A stretch of DNA of 64,000 nt. Origin: an uncultured Gemmatimonadota bacterium (GTDB lineage: Bacteria; SM23-81; DAOVCL01). Below, one piece after another: positions 1 through 9,609 of this stretch; the stretch's first letter is position 1; the number at the start of each line of letters is the position of its first letter. The DNA lies in NCBI GenBank assembly GCA_964626665.1, contig CAZVGK010000001.1, positions 32,001-96,000 on the forward strand. The letters are read 5' to 3'. A model generated the notes under the pieces. That model worked only from the letters and a program-made list of their open reading frames with translations, ran no database searches and had not been told where the DNA came from. The position numbers and the translations under genes were made by a program.

Positions 1-2
1 TT

Positions 3-164
3 GGCCCCCTGGCCTTCTCCAACCAGACTTTGATCTTGGTTTCCCATAAGGAGTTGGCCCTGGTGGACAAGACAGCCCCCCGGGACAAGAGGACGGACTA
101 TATGAGGATTCTCTGTCCCCAGTGCAGGAGAGAGGTTATCTTTACAGAGGAGTGGGGGGCATAA
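3..164 (+). CDS. 3' end of a hypothetical protein entering from the left (ends ...MRILCPQCRREVIFTEEWGA)
   Basis: Open frame from position 3 to TAA at 162-164; contains a CxxC motif; partial. Confidence 0.5.
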   Translation, partial: GPLAFSNQTLILVSHKELALVDKTAPRDKRTDYMRILCPQCRREVIFTEEWGA

Positions 165-253
165 GGGCTCTCCCTCCTGAGGAGGGAAGTCCAAAGCCTT
201 TTCCGCCAAAGGAGAACCCCTGTAAACAAGGTTTAATTGCCTTAATTTTTTCC

Positions 254-281
254 TTGACATATTATCTTTCCCATATAGATT
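254..281 (+). promoter_or_regulatory. sigma70-like promoter of the csoR-family gene
   Basis: TTGACA at 254-259, 16-nt spacer, TAGATT at 276-281. Confidence 0.45.
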
Positions 282-334
282 TAAAGTTTTGAGAAGTTCA
301 GACCCTTAAAATCTCTTTGAGAGATTAACTCAGT

Positions 335-607
335 ATGCCCGTCAGTGCAGAGACAAAGGCAGACCTCTCCAGCAGGTTGGAAAAGGCCAGAGGGCAGCTT
401 TCTGGCCTGCAACGGATGATTGAAAATGGTGAGGACTGCACGCAAATTCTCACCCAGATCAGTGCTGTGCGGGCCGCTATTGGTAAAGTAGGGATAATAA
501 TCGTGCAGAATTATATGAAGGACTGTTTGGATATCTCAGAGGAGAGGGAGATCACAGAGGTGAGGGTGGAAAACCTTGTGGGTATCTTATCCAGGTTGAT
601 CAGATGA
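335..607 (+). CDS. CsoR/RcnR-family repressor, CstR-like (Cys35/Cys64, no metal-ligand His)
   Basis: RLxxxxGQLxGLxRMIExxxxC, QISAVRAA and the C-terminal YMKDC. Confidence 0.9.
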   Translation: MPVSAETKADLSSRLEKARGQLSGLQRMIENGEDCTQILTQISAVRAAIGKVGIIIVQNYMKDCLDISEEREITEVRVENLVGILSRLIR

Positions 608-648
608 AGGGGAATCCCAATTGGTATATTTTTTTTAATCTTTTGCTA

Positions 649-667
649 TACCCTACACCGTAGGGTA
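649..667. promoter_or_regulatory. palindromic CsoR/CstR-type operator upstream of the mbx operon
   Basis: TACCCTAC-ACC-GTAGGGTA, a perfect 8-bp inverted repeat; TACC...GGTA with C/G tracts is typical of CsoR-family operators. Confidence 0.7.
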
Positions 668-684
668 AAGGAAAGTATACCCAT

Positions 685-1206
685 ATGCGGTCGGGAACTT
701 ACATTTTTAAAGATAAGCTGAAATGCTTTCTCTACCTGTTCGTTCTGTCTGTTCTGGTATGGCTGGCTCTCACCTCCACCTTTCAGTGGGAGGAGTTGAC
801 CACAGGGGTGGTGATCAGCTTTTTCCTTTCCCTCCTGTTGAGTGGGCGGTATCTTGATTTGGGGTTACCTCCATTGAGCTTGAAGAGAATTATTCTTGCC
901 CTGTGGTATATCTTTGTCCTTTTTTGGGAGATAATAAAGGCTAACCTTGATGTAGCCTATAGGGTTATCCATCCTAAGATGCCCATCAGGCCAGGTATCG
1001 TGGTGATCCGCACCGGGCTTAAATCAGATATCGCTAAGCTGGTCCTGGCCAACTCTATCACCTTAACCCCAGGGACATTTACCCTGGATATCCAGGGTGA
1101 GAACCTTCTTATCCACTGGATAAATGTCCAGGCCGAGGATATGGAAGGGGCAACGAGAATTATTGGGGAAAAGTTTGAAAAATACCTGAGGGTGATCTTT
1201 AAATGA
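685..1206 (+). CDS. mnhE: Mrp/Mnh antiporter subunit E (MbxA equivalent)
   Basis: LANSITLTPGT motif; hydrophobic N-terminus. Confidence 0.93.
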   Translation: MRSGTYIFKDKLKCFLYLFVLSVLVWLALTSTFQWEELTTGVVISFFLSLLLSGRYLDLGLPPLSLKRIILALWYIFVLFWEIIKANLDVAYRVIHPKMPIRPGIVVIRTGLKSDIAKLVLANSITLTPGTFTLDIQGENLLIHWINVQAEDMEGATRIIGEKFEKYLRVIFK

Positions 1207-1454
1207 GCATAACTATTTTCTTGGTGATAATAGGTTTGGGTGTTATTCTCTGTCTGCTCCGGATGTTGCAGGGCCCAACGGCACCTGATCGGGCGGTGGC
1301 CGTGGACACCTCGGCTACAGTAACCACTGCCCTGCTGGTTCTTCTGGGTTTTTTCTTCAAGAGATATGTCTACCTGGATGTCTCCTTGGTCTATGCGGTC
1401 TTAACCTTCATAGGGACTGTGGCCATTGCCAGATATTTAGAGAGGGGGATATAG
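1203..1454 (+). CDS. mnhF: Mrp/Mnh subunit F (MbxB)
   Basis: GPTAPDRAVAVD motif; three TM segments. Confidence 0.92.
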   Translation: MSITIFLVIIGLGVILCLLRMLQGPTAPDRAVAVDTSATVTTALLVLLGFFFKRYVYLDVSLVYAVLTFIGTVAIARYLERGI

Positions 1455-1462
1455 CCCCTTAG

Positions 1463-1855
1463 CTGGCTTCATAAGGCAACTTCTTAAAATTGAGGTATGG
1501 TTTGCAGCCAGCAATTGCAAATTGCAGATTGTAAATTGAAAATAGCAAAATGAAAACCAAAATGTGGGGTTAACAGGTTGGAAGCAATAATGATTTTTAC
1601 TTTTACACTTTGCAATTTTCGTAACCGTTTAGCCATTTGAATAGCTTCATTGAAACTAAAACAAAGACGCTCTATTCTGTCATTTCGAGCGTAAGCGAGA
1701 AATCTGGTGACATAAAGGGCTAAGATGAATTTAGATTCCTCCCTTCGGTCGGAATGACAATCCTGGATTTCTCTGCACTCAATCGACTATTATCACCTTT
1801 CTTCACATAGCTAAACAGTTACCAATTTTCAATCTGAAATTCGCAGCTTCGCTGG
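1463..1855 (+). repeat. heptad-repeat intergenic element (copy A), interrupted by a MITE
   Basis: CTGGCTTCATAAGGC, TTGCAGCCAGCAATTG and CGCAGCTTCGCT recur in inverted orientation at 10761-10848; contains (AAATTGC)-type 7-mers. Confidence 0.65.
1621..1822. mobile_element. 202-bp MITE with 13-bp TIRs and 8-bp target duplication
   Basis: GTAACCGTTTAGC...GCTAAACAGTTAC (1 mismatch), flanked by CAATTTTC at 1613-1620 and 1823-1830; internal inverted REP-like pair at 1678-1759. Confidence 0.8.
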
Positions 1856-1881
1856 TTTAGATCTCAAGGAAGAGGTTTGAG

Positions 1882-2217
1882 ATGGGAGTTGTAGGTCAGA
1901 TAGTCACGGGGATTGGCGTTATTTTCCTCTTTTTAGGGAGCTTGGGGGTGTTCAGGCTGCCTGATGTTTACAACCGGCTGCAGGCAGGAACGAAGTGCAC
2001 CACCTTAGGGGCATTCCTCACCATCATTGGGGTAGGGATGATGGAACCGGCCTGGTTTGTGAAGACACTGCTCATCGGTCTGTTCATTCTGGCCACCAAT
2101 CCCATCTCCAGCCATGCCTTGGGGAGGGCAAGCTGCAAGAGCGGAGTTCCCCTCTGTGAGAAAAGCGTAGTGAACAAGAGCAAGGACCTATGCAAGAAGG
2201 GGGAGGAGGCGGAATGA
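1882..2217 (+). CDS. mnhG: Mrp/Mnh subunit G (MbxC)
   Basis: RLPDVYNRLQAGTK and TNPISSHAL motifs. Confidence 0.93.
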   Translation: MGVVGQIVTGIGVIFLFLGSLGVFRLPDVYNRLQAGTKCTTLGAFLTIIGVGMMEPAWFVKTLLIGLFILATNPISSHALGRASCKSGVPLCEKSVVNKSKDLCKKGEEAE

Positions 2218-2450
2218 TCTTCCAGGCATTTTTAATATTCATAATGCTTATCGGGGCCATCGCCGCGGCCCTCTTCCGGGATTTAATGAACTCCGTCATC
2301 GCCTGTGCTCTGGTCAGTTTGATTGCCGCCATTCTCTTCTATTTCCTCCAGGCCCCTGATGTGGCTATGGCCGAGGCATCCATTGGAGCTGGGTTAACTA
2401 CCGCTATTTTCGTCATTGCCATCAGGAGGACGAGGAGACATGAGGAATGA
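2214..2450 (+). CDS. DUF4040/MbxD-like membrane subunit
   Basis: LQAPDVAMAEASIGAG motif; ATG at 2214 overlaps the mnhG stop. Confidence 0.88.
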   Translation: MIFQAFLIFIMLIGAIAAALFRDLMNSVIACALVSLIAAILFYFLQAPDVAMAEASIGAGLTTAIFVIAIRRTRRHEE

Positions 2451-2502
2451 AGGCAGCCGAGGGTTAGTGTTCTGGCTACATTAAGTAGTCCATAGATTAC
2501 TA

Positions 2503-2658
2503 TTTTACGAAAACGTGTCAGAATGCCCAGTCCTGTGAACGGGAATGAGTGACATCCTTATAGTTCCCTCTCCCCTGGGGGAGAGGGTTAGGGTGAGGGG
2601 GGGATCGGAGGTAATTCTCACCCTCTCCTTAGTCCTCCCCCATCAAGGGGGAGGAGAG
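2503..2658 (+). repeat. ~155-bp dispersed palindromic element (CCCTCTCCCC/GGGGAGAGGG family), copy 1
   Basis: Aligns by eye, in reverse complement, with 31495-31644 and 39811-39964. Confidence 0.75.
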
Positions 2659-2796
2659 TGTTTTAGCTGAGCGGTCAGATCCCCTGATCTGCATTACGGC
2701 ATATTCTCAAAAGCCCAGAAAAGGTTAGTCCGGTTAAAGCCGGGTAGAATAAGGCTACTTCGTCACCTTGCTTCCCGCAATGACATATCTTTGCCT

Positions 2797-2847
2797 GTCA
2801 TTGCGAGGCTTGCCCTGAGCGGCAGCAAGGGGCAAGCCGAAGCAATC
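2797..2847 (+). repeat. GTCATTGCGAGG...AGCAATC REP-like element
   Basis: Related copies at 14544-14645 and 47416-47449. Confidence 0.75.
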
Positions 2848-2894
2848 TTTAACCTCTGCTGCACTGTAAATCTTGTGTTTAACGCATTAAAGAT

Positions 2895-3584
2895 ATGAGA
2901 AAGTTAATTAGCTTAATCTTGCTTTTGGTTGTGGCCTTAGGGGTGGGCTTCTCCCTTTCCCAGGTGCCTTTTGGCCAGGAAAAGACTAAGGTGGGCAAAT
3001 ACTATGTAGCCAAAGGGGTCAGGGAAACAGGAGCAACAAATATCGTTACCTCAGTGGTCCTTAACTATCGAGGTTTTGATACCCTGGGTGAAGTCACGGT
3101 TCTCTTCATTGCTGCTCTGGGCCTGGGGGCCGTGCTCTATCGTCGCGGCAAGAGGAAAACCAGAAAGGGTTTAGAGCCGGCAAGCCTAATTCTCTCTACA
3201 GGGTGCCGTTTCCTCTTCCCCTTAATTCTCCTTTTTGGGGGTTACATCTTCATTCATGGTCATCTCACCCCTGGTGGGGGTTTCCAGGGAGGGGCGATCA
3301 TCGCCTCCGCTTACCTCTTGATTTATTTGGGTTGTCGGGGGGGGAGGATAAACAAAAGAGCCTTTAACGCTATAGAATCCTTAGGCGGTTTGACCTTTGT
3401 GGTGATTGGATTGCTTGGGCTGGTAGTTGGCGGCTATTTCCTCCTGAACTTTTTCCCCCTGGGGAGGGCAAATTTCCTCTTCAGCGCAGGCATAATTCCC
3501 ATTATCTATGTGGCTATTGGGTTTAAAGTTGGTTCGGAGCTGGCCGGAATTGTGGACAACCTGATGGAGGAAACAGGTGATTGA
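2895..3584 (+). CDS. mnhB: Mrp/Mnh subunit B (MbxE/F fusion)
   Basis: NIVTSVVLNYRGFDTLGE and HGHLTPGGGFQGG motifs. Confidence 0.93.
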   Translation: MRKLISLILLLVVALGVGFSLSQVPFGQEKTKVGKYYVAKGVRETGATNIVTSVVLNYRGFDTLGEVTVLFIAALGLGAVLYRRGKRKTRKGLEPASLILSTGCRFLFPLILLFGGYIFIHGHLTPGGGFQGGAIIASAYLLIYLGCRGGRINKRAFNAIESLGGLTFVVIGLLGLVVGGYFLLNFFPLGRANFLFSAGIIPIIYVAIGFKVGSELAGIVDNLMEETGD

Positions 3585-3632
3585 AGAAGGGAGCGCCAAT
3601 AGTCTTCTGGCTAAGGGTTTTTAGCTGAAGAG

Positions 3633-3998
3633 GTGGAGATGGGTTTTCTCTCTAAAAGCATCTATTACATAGCATCTTTCGGGTTGATATTCATCGGTCT
3701 ATACATCGTTATGGTGAAGAAGAACCTGATCAAGGTGATCATCGGATTGAGCATCATAGACACCGGGGTGAACCTTTTTCTCATCACCATTGGCTATATC
3801 TGGCGAGGAACTGCCCCCATTTATTCCCGGCCAGGTTTATCAGCGAAGTCTATGGTTGACCCTGTCCCCCAGGCTCTGGTTCTTACCGCCATTGTCATTG
3901 GTGTCTCCGTTTTGGCTTTAGCACTTTCCTTAGCCATAAAATTATATCACCATTACGGAACGCTTAACCTACGGAAAATAAAGGAGTTGAGATGGTGA
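3633..3998 (+). CDS. mnhC: Mrp/Mnh subunit C (MbxG)
   Basis: DPVPQALVLTAIVIG motif. Confidence 0.93.
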   Translation: MEMGFLSKSIYYIASFGLIFIGLYIVMVKKNLIKVIIGLSIIDTGVNLFLITIGYIWRGTAPIYSRPGLSAKSMVDPVPQALVLTAIVIGVSVLALALSLAIKLYHHYGTLNLRKIKELRW

Positions 3999-4059
3999 AG
4001 GGGTTAAACCACAAATTTCTCCAGAATATTTGGGCCCTTTCTCCGGCGAGGTATAAGGA

Positions 4060-5550
4060 ATGTTGAGTCCGGTGCTTTTAATTGCTGTCCCTTTGGGTCT
4101 TGCCTTCCTTTTACCCCTTTTGGGGCTTGGCTCTGAGAAGATTGGGAAATACATCCCTATTGTGGGAACGGGTTTCAATCTGGTCATCGGTCTCCTGCTT
4201 CTCCCCAAAGCCTTAAACCATCCCATCGTTGTCTCCCTTGGGGGTTGGCATCCTCCCCTTTGTATCAATTTGGTGGCCGGCCCCTTAGGAGTTCTGCTCT
4301 CCCTGCTTATCTCCTTGGTGGGCTTGCTGGTGGCCATCTATGCCCTTGGTTACATCAAAGAAGGTGCCCAGGAAAGGTATCATACCCTTTATCTTTTGCT
4401 TCTCACCGGGGCTACAGGTGTTGTCCTCACCGGGGATATATTCAACCTCTTCGTCTTCTTTGAGATCCTCTGTATCTCCTCCTATGCCCTGGTAGCTTAT
4501 TGGGGAAATAAGCCAGGGGTTGAAGCGGCAACAAAGTATCTCATCCAGGGTTCCCTTGGGGCTTCCTTTATCCTTATCGGCATTGGTTTGCTCTACGGCC
4601 TTTTTGGGACGCTTAATATGGCAGATATTGCCAATAGTATAACCAACCAGGCAGCGGTGATCAATCAGCACCCGATGATCTTGTTTGTCTCTTTGGCATT
4701 TTTGATAACCGGATTTGGGGTGGAGGCGGCCATTTTTCCATTAAATGCCTGGTTGCCTGATGCTCACTCATCAGCTCCCTCCTCGATCAGTGCCATCCTC
4801 TCCGGGTTGGCTATCAAGGCAGGTATCTATGCAGTGGCCAGAGTTGTCTTTACCATCTTTGGCGCTCAAAATATCCTCAGCTTGATTGCCGTGATTGGCC
4901 TGCTGACCCTCCTTGTGGGGGAGATGTCTGCCTTTAAACAGAGGAATATCAAACGGCTTTTGGCCTATTCCAGCGTGGGGCAAGTAGGTTTGATAGTATT
5001 TGCCCTGGGGATAGCCTCACCGCATGGGGTTGCTGGTGGTCTGTTTCAGATTGTTAGCCATGCCCTAGCCAAATCTATGCTCTTTTTGGGTGTGGGATAT
5101 ATGATCTATCGCACCGGTTCTATGGAGATCTCCTCTATGGAGGGTATGGGAAAGAGGATGCCCTTGACCTCTCTCTCCTTTACCATTGGGGCCTTTTCCC
5201 TTGTTGGCCTACCTCCCTTTATTGGCTTTTCCAGCAAACTCTCCATTGTGCGGGCCGCCCTGGAAAAGGGAGAGGTCTTCTTTGTCGTCCTGGTCATATT
5301 TGCTCTGTTGGGCACGGTAATAGAGGGGGCTTATTTCTTTAGGGTGGTGCAGGCCCTCTACTTCAAGGGGGAGAGGAGCCAGCTAAAGAGGGAGGAGGCT
5401 CCCGTATCCGCCTTGATTCCCATAGTTCTCCTTGCTGGCTTGATTGTGGGGATTGGGGTATACCCACATTTGGTGAGTAATCTCTTTGGGGCAGCAGCAG
5501 GGGAGCTGGTGAACAGGATGGCCTATATCAGGGGTGTATTAGGGGGATAG
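4060..5550 (+). CDS. mnhD: MnhD-like proton-translocating subunit (MbxH)
   Basis: TGDIFNLFVFFEI, WLPDAH and KRLLAYSS motifs. Confidence 0.92.
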   Translation: MLSPVLLIAVPLGLAFLLPLLGLGSEKIGKYIPIVGTGFNLVIGLLLLPKALNHPIVVSLGGWHPPLCINLVAGPLGVLLSLLISLVGLLVAIYALGYIKEGAQERYHTLYLLLLTGATGVVLTGDIFNLFVFFEILCISSYALVAYWGNKPGVEAATKYLIQGSLGASFILIGIGLLYGLFGTLNMADIANSITNQAAVINQHPMILFVSLAFLITGFGVEAAIFPLNAWLPDAHSSAPSSISAILSGLAIKAGIYAVARVVFTIFGAQNILSLIAVIGLLTLLVGEMSAFKQRNIKRLLAYSSVGQVGLIVFALGIASPHGVAGGLFQIVSHALAKSMLFLGVGYMIYRTGSMEISSMEGMGKRMPLTSLSFTIGAFSLVGLPPFIGFSSKLSIVRAALEKGEVFFVVLVIFALLGTVIEGAYFFRVVQALYFKGERSQLKREEAPVSALIPIVLLAGLIVGIGVYPHLVSNLFGAAAGELVNRMAYIRGVLGG

Positions 5551-5591
5551 GGGTAGTTTTCCGCCAATATAAGGTAAATGGGAAAAATTTT

Positions 5592-7439
5592 ATGTCCATA
5601 GGTGTAATACTAATAATTGCTTTTGGGGGAGCGTTTTTCACCTATCTTTTGGGCAAGATCTCCTCTACTCTGAGGAACCTTTTTGCCGTTCTGATTTCCC
5701 TTCTGCTTGTTGGTTTGATCTCTCTTGCCTATGGCAGGTTAGGGTGGAGGGTCGGCTACGAATTCCTTGGTTTTAACCTTGTTTTGAGATTAACTGTCCT
5801 CTCCTGGTTTTTTGCTATTTCGATAGCTGGCATTGGGTTTCTCTCCATAGTCTTTTCACTGAGCTATATGAAGGGGAGGGAAAACCTCGATTTCTATTAT
5901 CTGATGATGCTCCTGGTTAATGCCGGAATGTTAGGGGTTGTCTTCAGCGGTGATCTGCTTTCCTTTTATATCTTCTGGGAAATTATGAGTTGGGGAACAT
6001 ATCTGTTGATCAGCTCCGGGCGAGGTAAGGCCTTGGATGCGGGTCTGAAATATATCATCTGGTCAATTATCGGTTCCAGCCTTATGATGCTTGGCTTTCT
6101 CTACCTATATGTTAGCTATGGGACATTAAGTTTCCCCGGTCTCTCCCTCCGGCTTAGCTCTGCCCCATCCGGGGTTCTCCTTCTTACCCTCATCCTCTTC
6201 GGCATTGGGTTTGGCATCAAGAATGCCCTTCTTCCCCTCCATACCTGGTTGCCAGATGTTTACACCGAGGCTCCTTCCCCGTTTACCGCTGTTCTCTCCG
6301 GGATGCTCACGCGCATGGGGGTTTACGGTTTCCTTCTGGTGATGTATGTGCTGGTAGGGTTGAGGGAGGTAGTTCACCTCGGCTCTGGTTGGTTTACCTT
6401 CAACAATGTCCTCTCCTGGCTGGGCGCTATCACCATAGTTATCCCCACCTTTATTGCCCTGCTGCAGAATGATGCCAAGAGGCTCTTGGCCTGGAGTAGC
6501 GTAGGCCAGGGAGGGTATATGATCTTGGGGATAGCCTTCGGGACGAGTATGGGGGTGGCGGGAGGGATACTGCACACCTTGGGATATGCACTGAGCGTGG
6601 TGCTACTCTTTATGGTGGTGGGGGCGGTGGAACATCGCACCCAGGGGATAAGAGACTTAAACCAATTGGGTGGGTTAATAAAGAAGATGCCCCTTACATT
6701 CATCGGGGCTTTGATCGGTATCTCTGGGTTGATTGGGGTTCCCTTGGTTTGTCCCTTTGTTTCCAAGTGGTTGATCTATAAAACATTAATTGATCAAGGG
6801 CATCCAATTTTGGCCTTTGCCGCTTTAATCGGAACCTGGGGAGCCATACTTTATGCCTATAAATTCATTCACAACATTTTCTTGGGGCAAACGCCTAAGA
6901 GGCTAGAGAATGTAAAGGTGGCCCCTTTTAGCATGCAATTTCCTATGGCCGTTCTCTCGGTGATCATTGTCCTCTTCGGTATCCTTCCAGGTATTCCGCT
7001 TAAGGTTATTGGGAACATTGAGAGCTCCTTTGGCTTTGCCCCTCTTGCCCTAAATGTATGGGGGATAAGATCCGAAGTGGCCATCCTAAATACATTAAAC
7101 ATCTTTGCGGCAGTATTATTGGCGGTCTTCTTCATTTTCCTCCTCTTTCGCATGGGAGCCGGATCGCGGAGGGTTCCCCAGGAGGATAGTTACACCGCGG
7201 GAGCAGCGCCAGTTCCTGCAGATAGGTATCATCATACGGTCGATTTCTATAACCCATTCCAGAGAATAATTTCACCCTATCTGCGGGATAGGATTGACGA
7301 TCTTTACTACTGGATTGCTGGGGGCGCAAGGGGGATCTGTGACGGAATCAGACGCATCTATACAGGGGATGTGGGGACCTATGCTCTCTACATCGTCCTT
7401 TTTCTGGCGTTTCTCATTCTAATGCAGAGGTTTGGCTAG
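5592..7439 (+). CDS. second antiporter-like subunit (MbxH'; MnhD/NuoL-like)
   Basis: FYIFWEIMS, PLHTWLPDVY and KRLLAWSS motifs; long C-terminal helix plus TM. Confidence 0.9.
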   Translation: MSIGVILIIAFGGAFFTYLLGKISSTLRNLFAVLISLLLVGLISLAYGRLGWRVGYEFLGFNLVLRLTVLSWFFAISIAGIGFLSIVFSLSYMKGRENLDFYYLMMLLVNAGMLGVVFSGDLLSFYIFWEIMSWGTYLLISSGRGKALDAGLKYIIWSIIGSSLMMLGFLYLYVSYGTLSFPGLSLRLSSAPSGVLLLTLILFGIGFGIKNALLPLHTWLPDVYTEAPSPFTAVLSGMLTRMGVYGFLLVMYVLVGLREVVHLGSGWFTFNNVLSWLGAITIVIPTFIALLQNDAKRLLAWSSVGQGGYMILGIAFGTSMGVAGGILHTLGYALSVVLLFMVVGAVEHRTQGIRDLNQLGGLIKKMPLTFIGALIGISGLIGVPLVCPFVSKWLIYKTLIDQGHPILAFAALIGTWGAILYAYKFIHNIFLGQTPKRLENVKVAPFSMQFPMAVLSVIIVLFGILPGIPLKVIGNIESSFGFAPLALNVWGIRSEVAILNTLNIFAAVLLAVFFIFLLFRMGAGSRRVPQEDSYTAGAAPVPADRYHHTVDFYNPFQRIISPYLRDRIDDLYYWIAGGARGICDGIRRIYTGDVGTYALYIVLFLAFLILMQRFG

Positions 7440-7460
7440 CTCCTCGTTGGTCATAGCGAG

Positions 7461-7567
7461 CCGTCAGAACCCCGATTCTGACGGCAAGGGGGGAAAGTGG
7501 CAGGGAAGCCGGGTAGAAACCGCAGATTCACGCAGATTCTACTCCGTCAGGGCAGGAGCCCTGACGG
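7461..7567. repeat. two CCGTCAG...CTGACGG hairpins plus CGCAGATT 9-mer repeats
   Basis: Hairpins at 7461-7485 and 7544-7567; family members at 39774, 40041 and 49082. Confidence 0.7.
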
Positions 7568-7617
7568 CACAAGCTCTATAATTCAGACCAGGCGAGTTGC
7601 CGTTGGAAGGGTGTGAT

Positions 7618-8505
7618 ATGGTAAGAACTGTTGCTGAACTTATTGGCTCTCCCCTTATTGCCTTTGTGGTCGGGGTTTTCTTCCTGGGCTTGGCCAGGAA
7701 GGTTACCGCGCGTATTCAGCGAAGATATGGTCCTCCCCTCTACCAGCCGGTCATCGATGTGGTGAAGCTCCTCTATCAGAAGAGCGTCTCCCATGGTTTG
7801 ATGTTTGATTTTGGGGTCCTCCTCTCTTTGGGGGGGGCGATAGTGACCATTCTCTTCATTCCGGTGGGGAGGATATGTCCGCTGAATATGTCCGGAGGGA
7901 TGCTGGTAATTATCTATCTTATGCTCCTTTCCCCTCTGGGAACTGCCCTCAGTGCGGGGGAAGCGGCGAACCCCAACGCCAGCATTGGCATCTCCCGGAA
8001 GATGTTGCTTGCCTTGGGATATGAAGTCCCCTTCCTGCTAATTATACTTTCGGTTATGACCCATTATGGGACTACCTCCATCACAGAGATTGTCCACCTA
8101 CAGCAGATAGGGCATTGGGGGATAGTTTCTCTGCCCCTTCCTGGTATAGCGGCCCTTTTGATCCTACCTCCGATGTTGGGGATAAGGCCCTTTGATATGG
8201 TCGACGCCCCGCAGGAGATAGCATCTGGCCCACTGGCCGAATATGGGGGGAAGTATCTGGCCCTCATCTCCATCGAGCATGCCATGCACATCTTCTTAGT
8301 CATTGCTCTCTTCGTTGATCTCTTCTTGGGCGGTTCCGGTAATCTCCTCATTTTCCTGGTGGAGGTGACAGTCATCTTTTTGCTGGGCCTTTTAGTTAGT
8401 GTTGTATTCCCCCGCTTCCGGATTGAGCAGGCGCTGAGGTATTGCTGGAAGTGGCCTACAATTCTGGCTTTTATTGGCTTGATAATAGTGATGATATGGA
8501 GGTAG
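7618..8505 (+). CDS. nuoH: NuoH-like membrane anchor (MbxM)
   Basis: ARIQRRYGPPLYQP and PFDMVDAPQEIASGPLAEY motifs. Confidence 0.9.
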   Translation: MVRTVAELIGSPLIAFVVGVFFLGLARKVTARIQRRYGPPLYQPVIDVVKLLYQKSVSHGLMFDFGVLLSLGGAIVTILFIPVGRICPLNMSGGMLVIIYLMLLSPLGTALSAGEAANPNASIGISRKMLLALGYEVPFLLIILSVMTHYGTTSITEIVHLQQIGHWGIVSLPLPGIAALLILPPMLGIRPFDMVDAPQEIASGPLAEYGGKYLALISIEHAMHIFLVIALFVDLFLGGSGNLLIFLVEVTVIFLLGLLVSVVFPRFRIEQALRYCWKWPTILAFIGLIIVMIWR

Positions 8506-8539
8506 TTGGTGGGCTTTATTCTCTTAAAAGGAGATAGAA

Positions 8540-9064
8540 ATGGATAGAGGGAACATCATAAAGGCCTTAAAAAGCCCCGGGAAATGGGGTGAGAAGTACT
8601 CCCTCTGGGTGACATACTTTTGTACAGGGTGTGGTATCATGGAGATCCCCCCTATTTTGACCTCCAGGTGGGATGCCGAGCGATTTGGGATAATTCCCAT
8701 GGCCACCCCCAGGCAGGGGAACCTCTTTTTGATCACCGGTTATGTGTCGCTTAAGACCCTGCGGGCGATCATCAGAACCTACGAGCAGATGAATGATCCC
8801 AAGTACTTGATCGGTTTTGGCTCCTGTCCGGTGAATGGTGGTATGTATTGGGACTCTTACAACACGATAAAGCGCCTCGATAAGTATCTTCCTGTGGATG
8901 GCTGGATTGCTGGTTGTATGCCCAGGCCAGAAGCCATATTCATTGCCGTGGTCCATCTGTGGACGATGATAGATAAGGGGATGGCCACTGGTTACAAGAA
9001 GTATGTGGAGAACTATGATTATTATAAGGGAAATCAACGAAAGCTGTTGGGAGAGGAAATATAG
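8540..9064 (+). CDS. nuoB: NuoB-like [4Fe-4S] small subunit (MbxJ/MbsJ type)
   Basis: FCTGCG, GSCPVNGG and GCMPRPEA; CxxC rather than the tandem CC of complex I. Confidence 0.92.
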   Translation: MDRGNIIKALKSPGKWGEKYSLWVTYFCTGCGIMEIPPILTSRWDAERFGIIPMATPRQGNLFLITGYVSLKTLRAIIRTYEQMNDPKYLIGFGSCPVNGGMYWDSYNTIKRLDKYLPVDGWIAGCMPRPEAIFIAVVHLWTMIDKGMATGYKKYVENYDYYKGNQRKLLGEEI

Positions 9065-9105
9065 AACTTGTCTGGCTGAACAGTTGCGGCTAAAAGGGGA
9101 ATGAT

Positions 9106-9609
9106 ATGAGGGAGGAAGAGCTGAAGAAGGAAATCGAGAATATGTTTGCGGGCAGCCAGGGGACCATCCAAAGGCAGGGGAGGTTGATTGTAAACTGCCC
9201 GAAGGAATCCCTTTCCTCCCTACTCATCTATCTGAAGGCAAACGGATTTGAACACCTATCCGCTATCTCCTGTGTGGATTGGATGGGGGAGAACCAATTT
9301 GAGTTGATATATCATCTCAACTCGTTCTCCACTGGGGTGCATATAATGGTGAAGGCGAGGATCGATAGGGATACCCCAAATTATGTGACTGTTTTACCCC
9401 TTTTCCCTAATGCTCAGACCTACGAACGGGAGATACATGAGATGTTCGGGATAGATTTTGCCGGCAACCCCAGGCAGATCCCCCTTCTTTTGGACCATTG
9501 GAAGGAGATGCCCCCATTTCGGAAGGATTTCGATATGCGGGAGTATGTGAAGCGCACATTTGGAAATGACCAAGGAAACCAGACTAAGGAAGGAAAAGGG
9601 AGCGGTTAG
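9106..9609 (+). CDS. nuoC: NuoC-like subunit (MbxK)
   Basis: YEREIHEMFGIDFAGNP and PPFRKDF motifs. Confidence 0.92.
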   Translation: MREEELKKEIENMFAGSQGTIQRQGRLIVNCPKESLSSLLIYLKANGFEHLSAISCVDWMGENQFELIYHLNSFSTGVHIMVKARIDRDTPNYVTVLPLFPNAQTYEREIHEMFGIDFAGNPRQIPLLLDHWKEMPPFRKDFDMREYVKRTFGNDQGNQTKEGKGSG

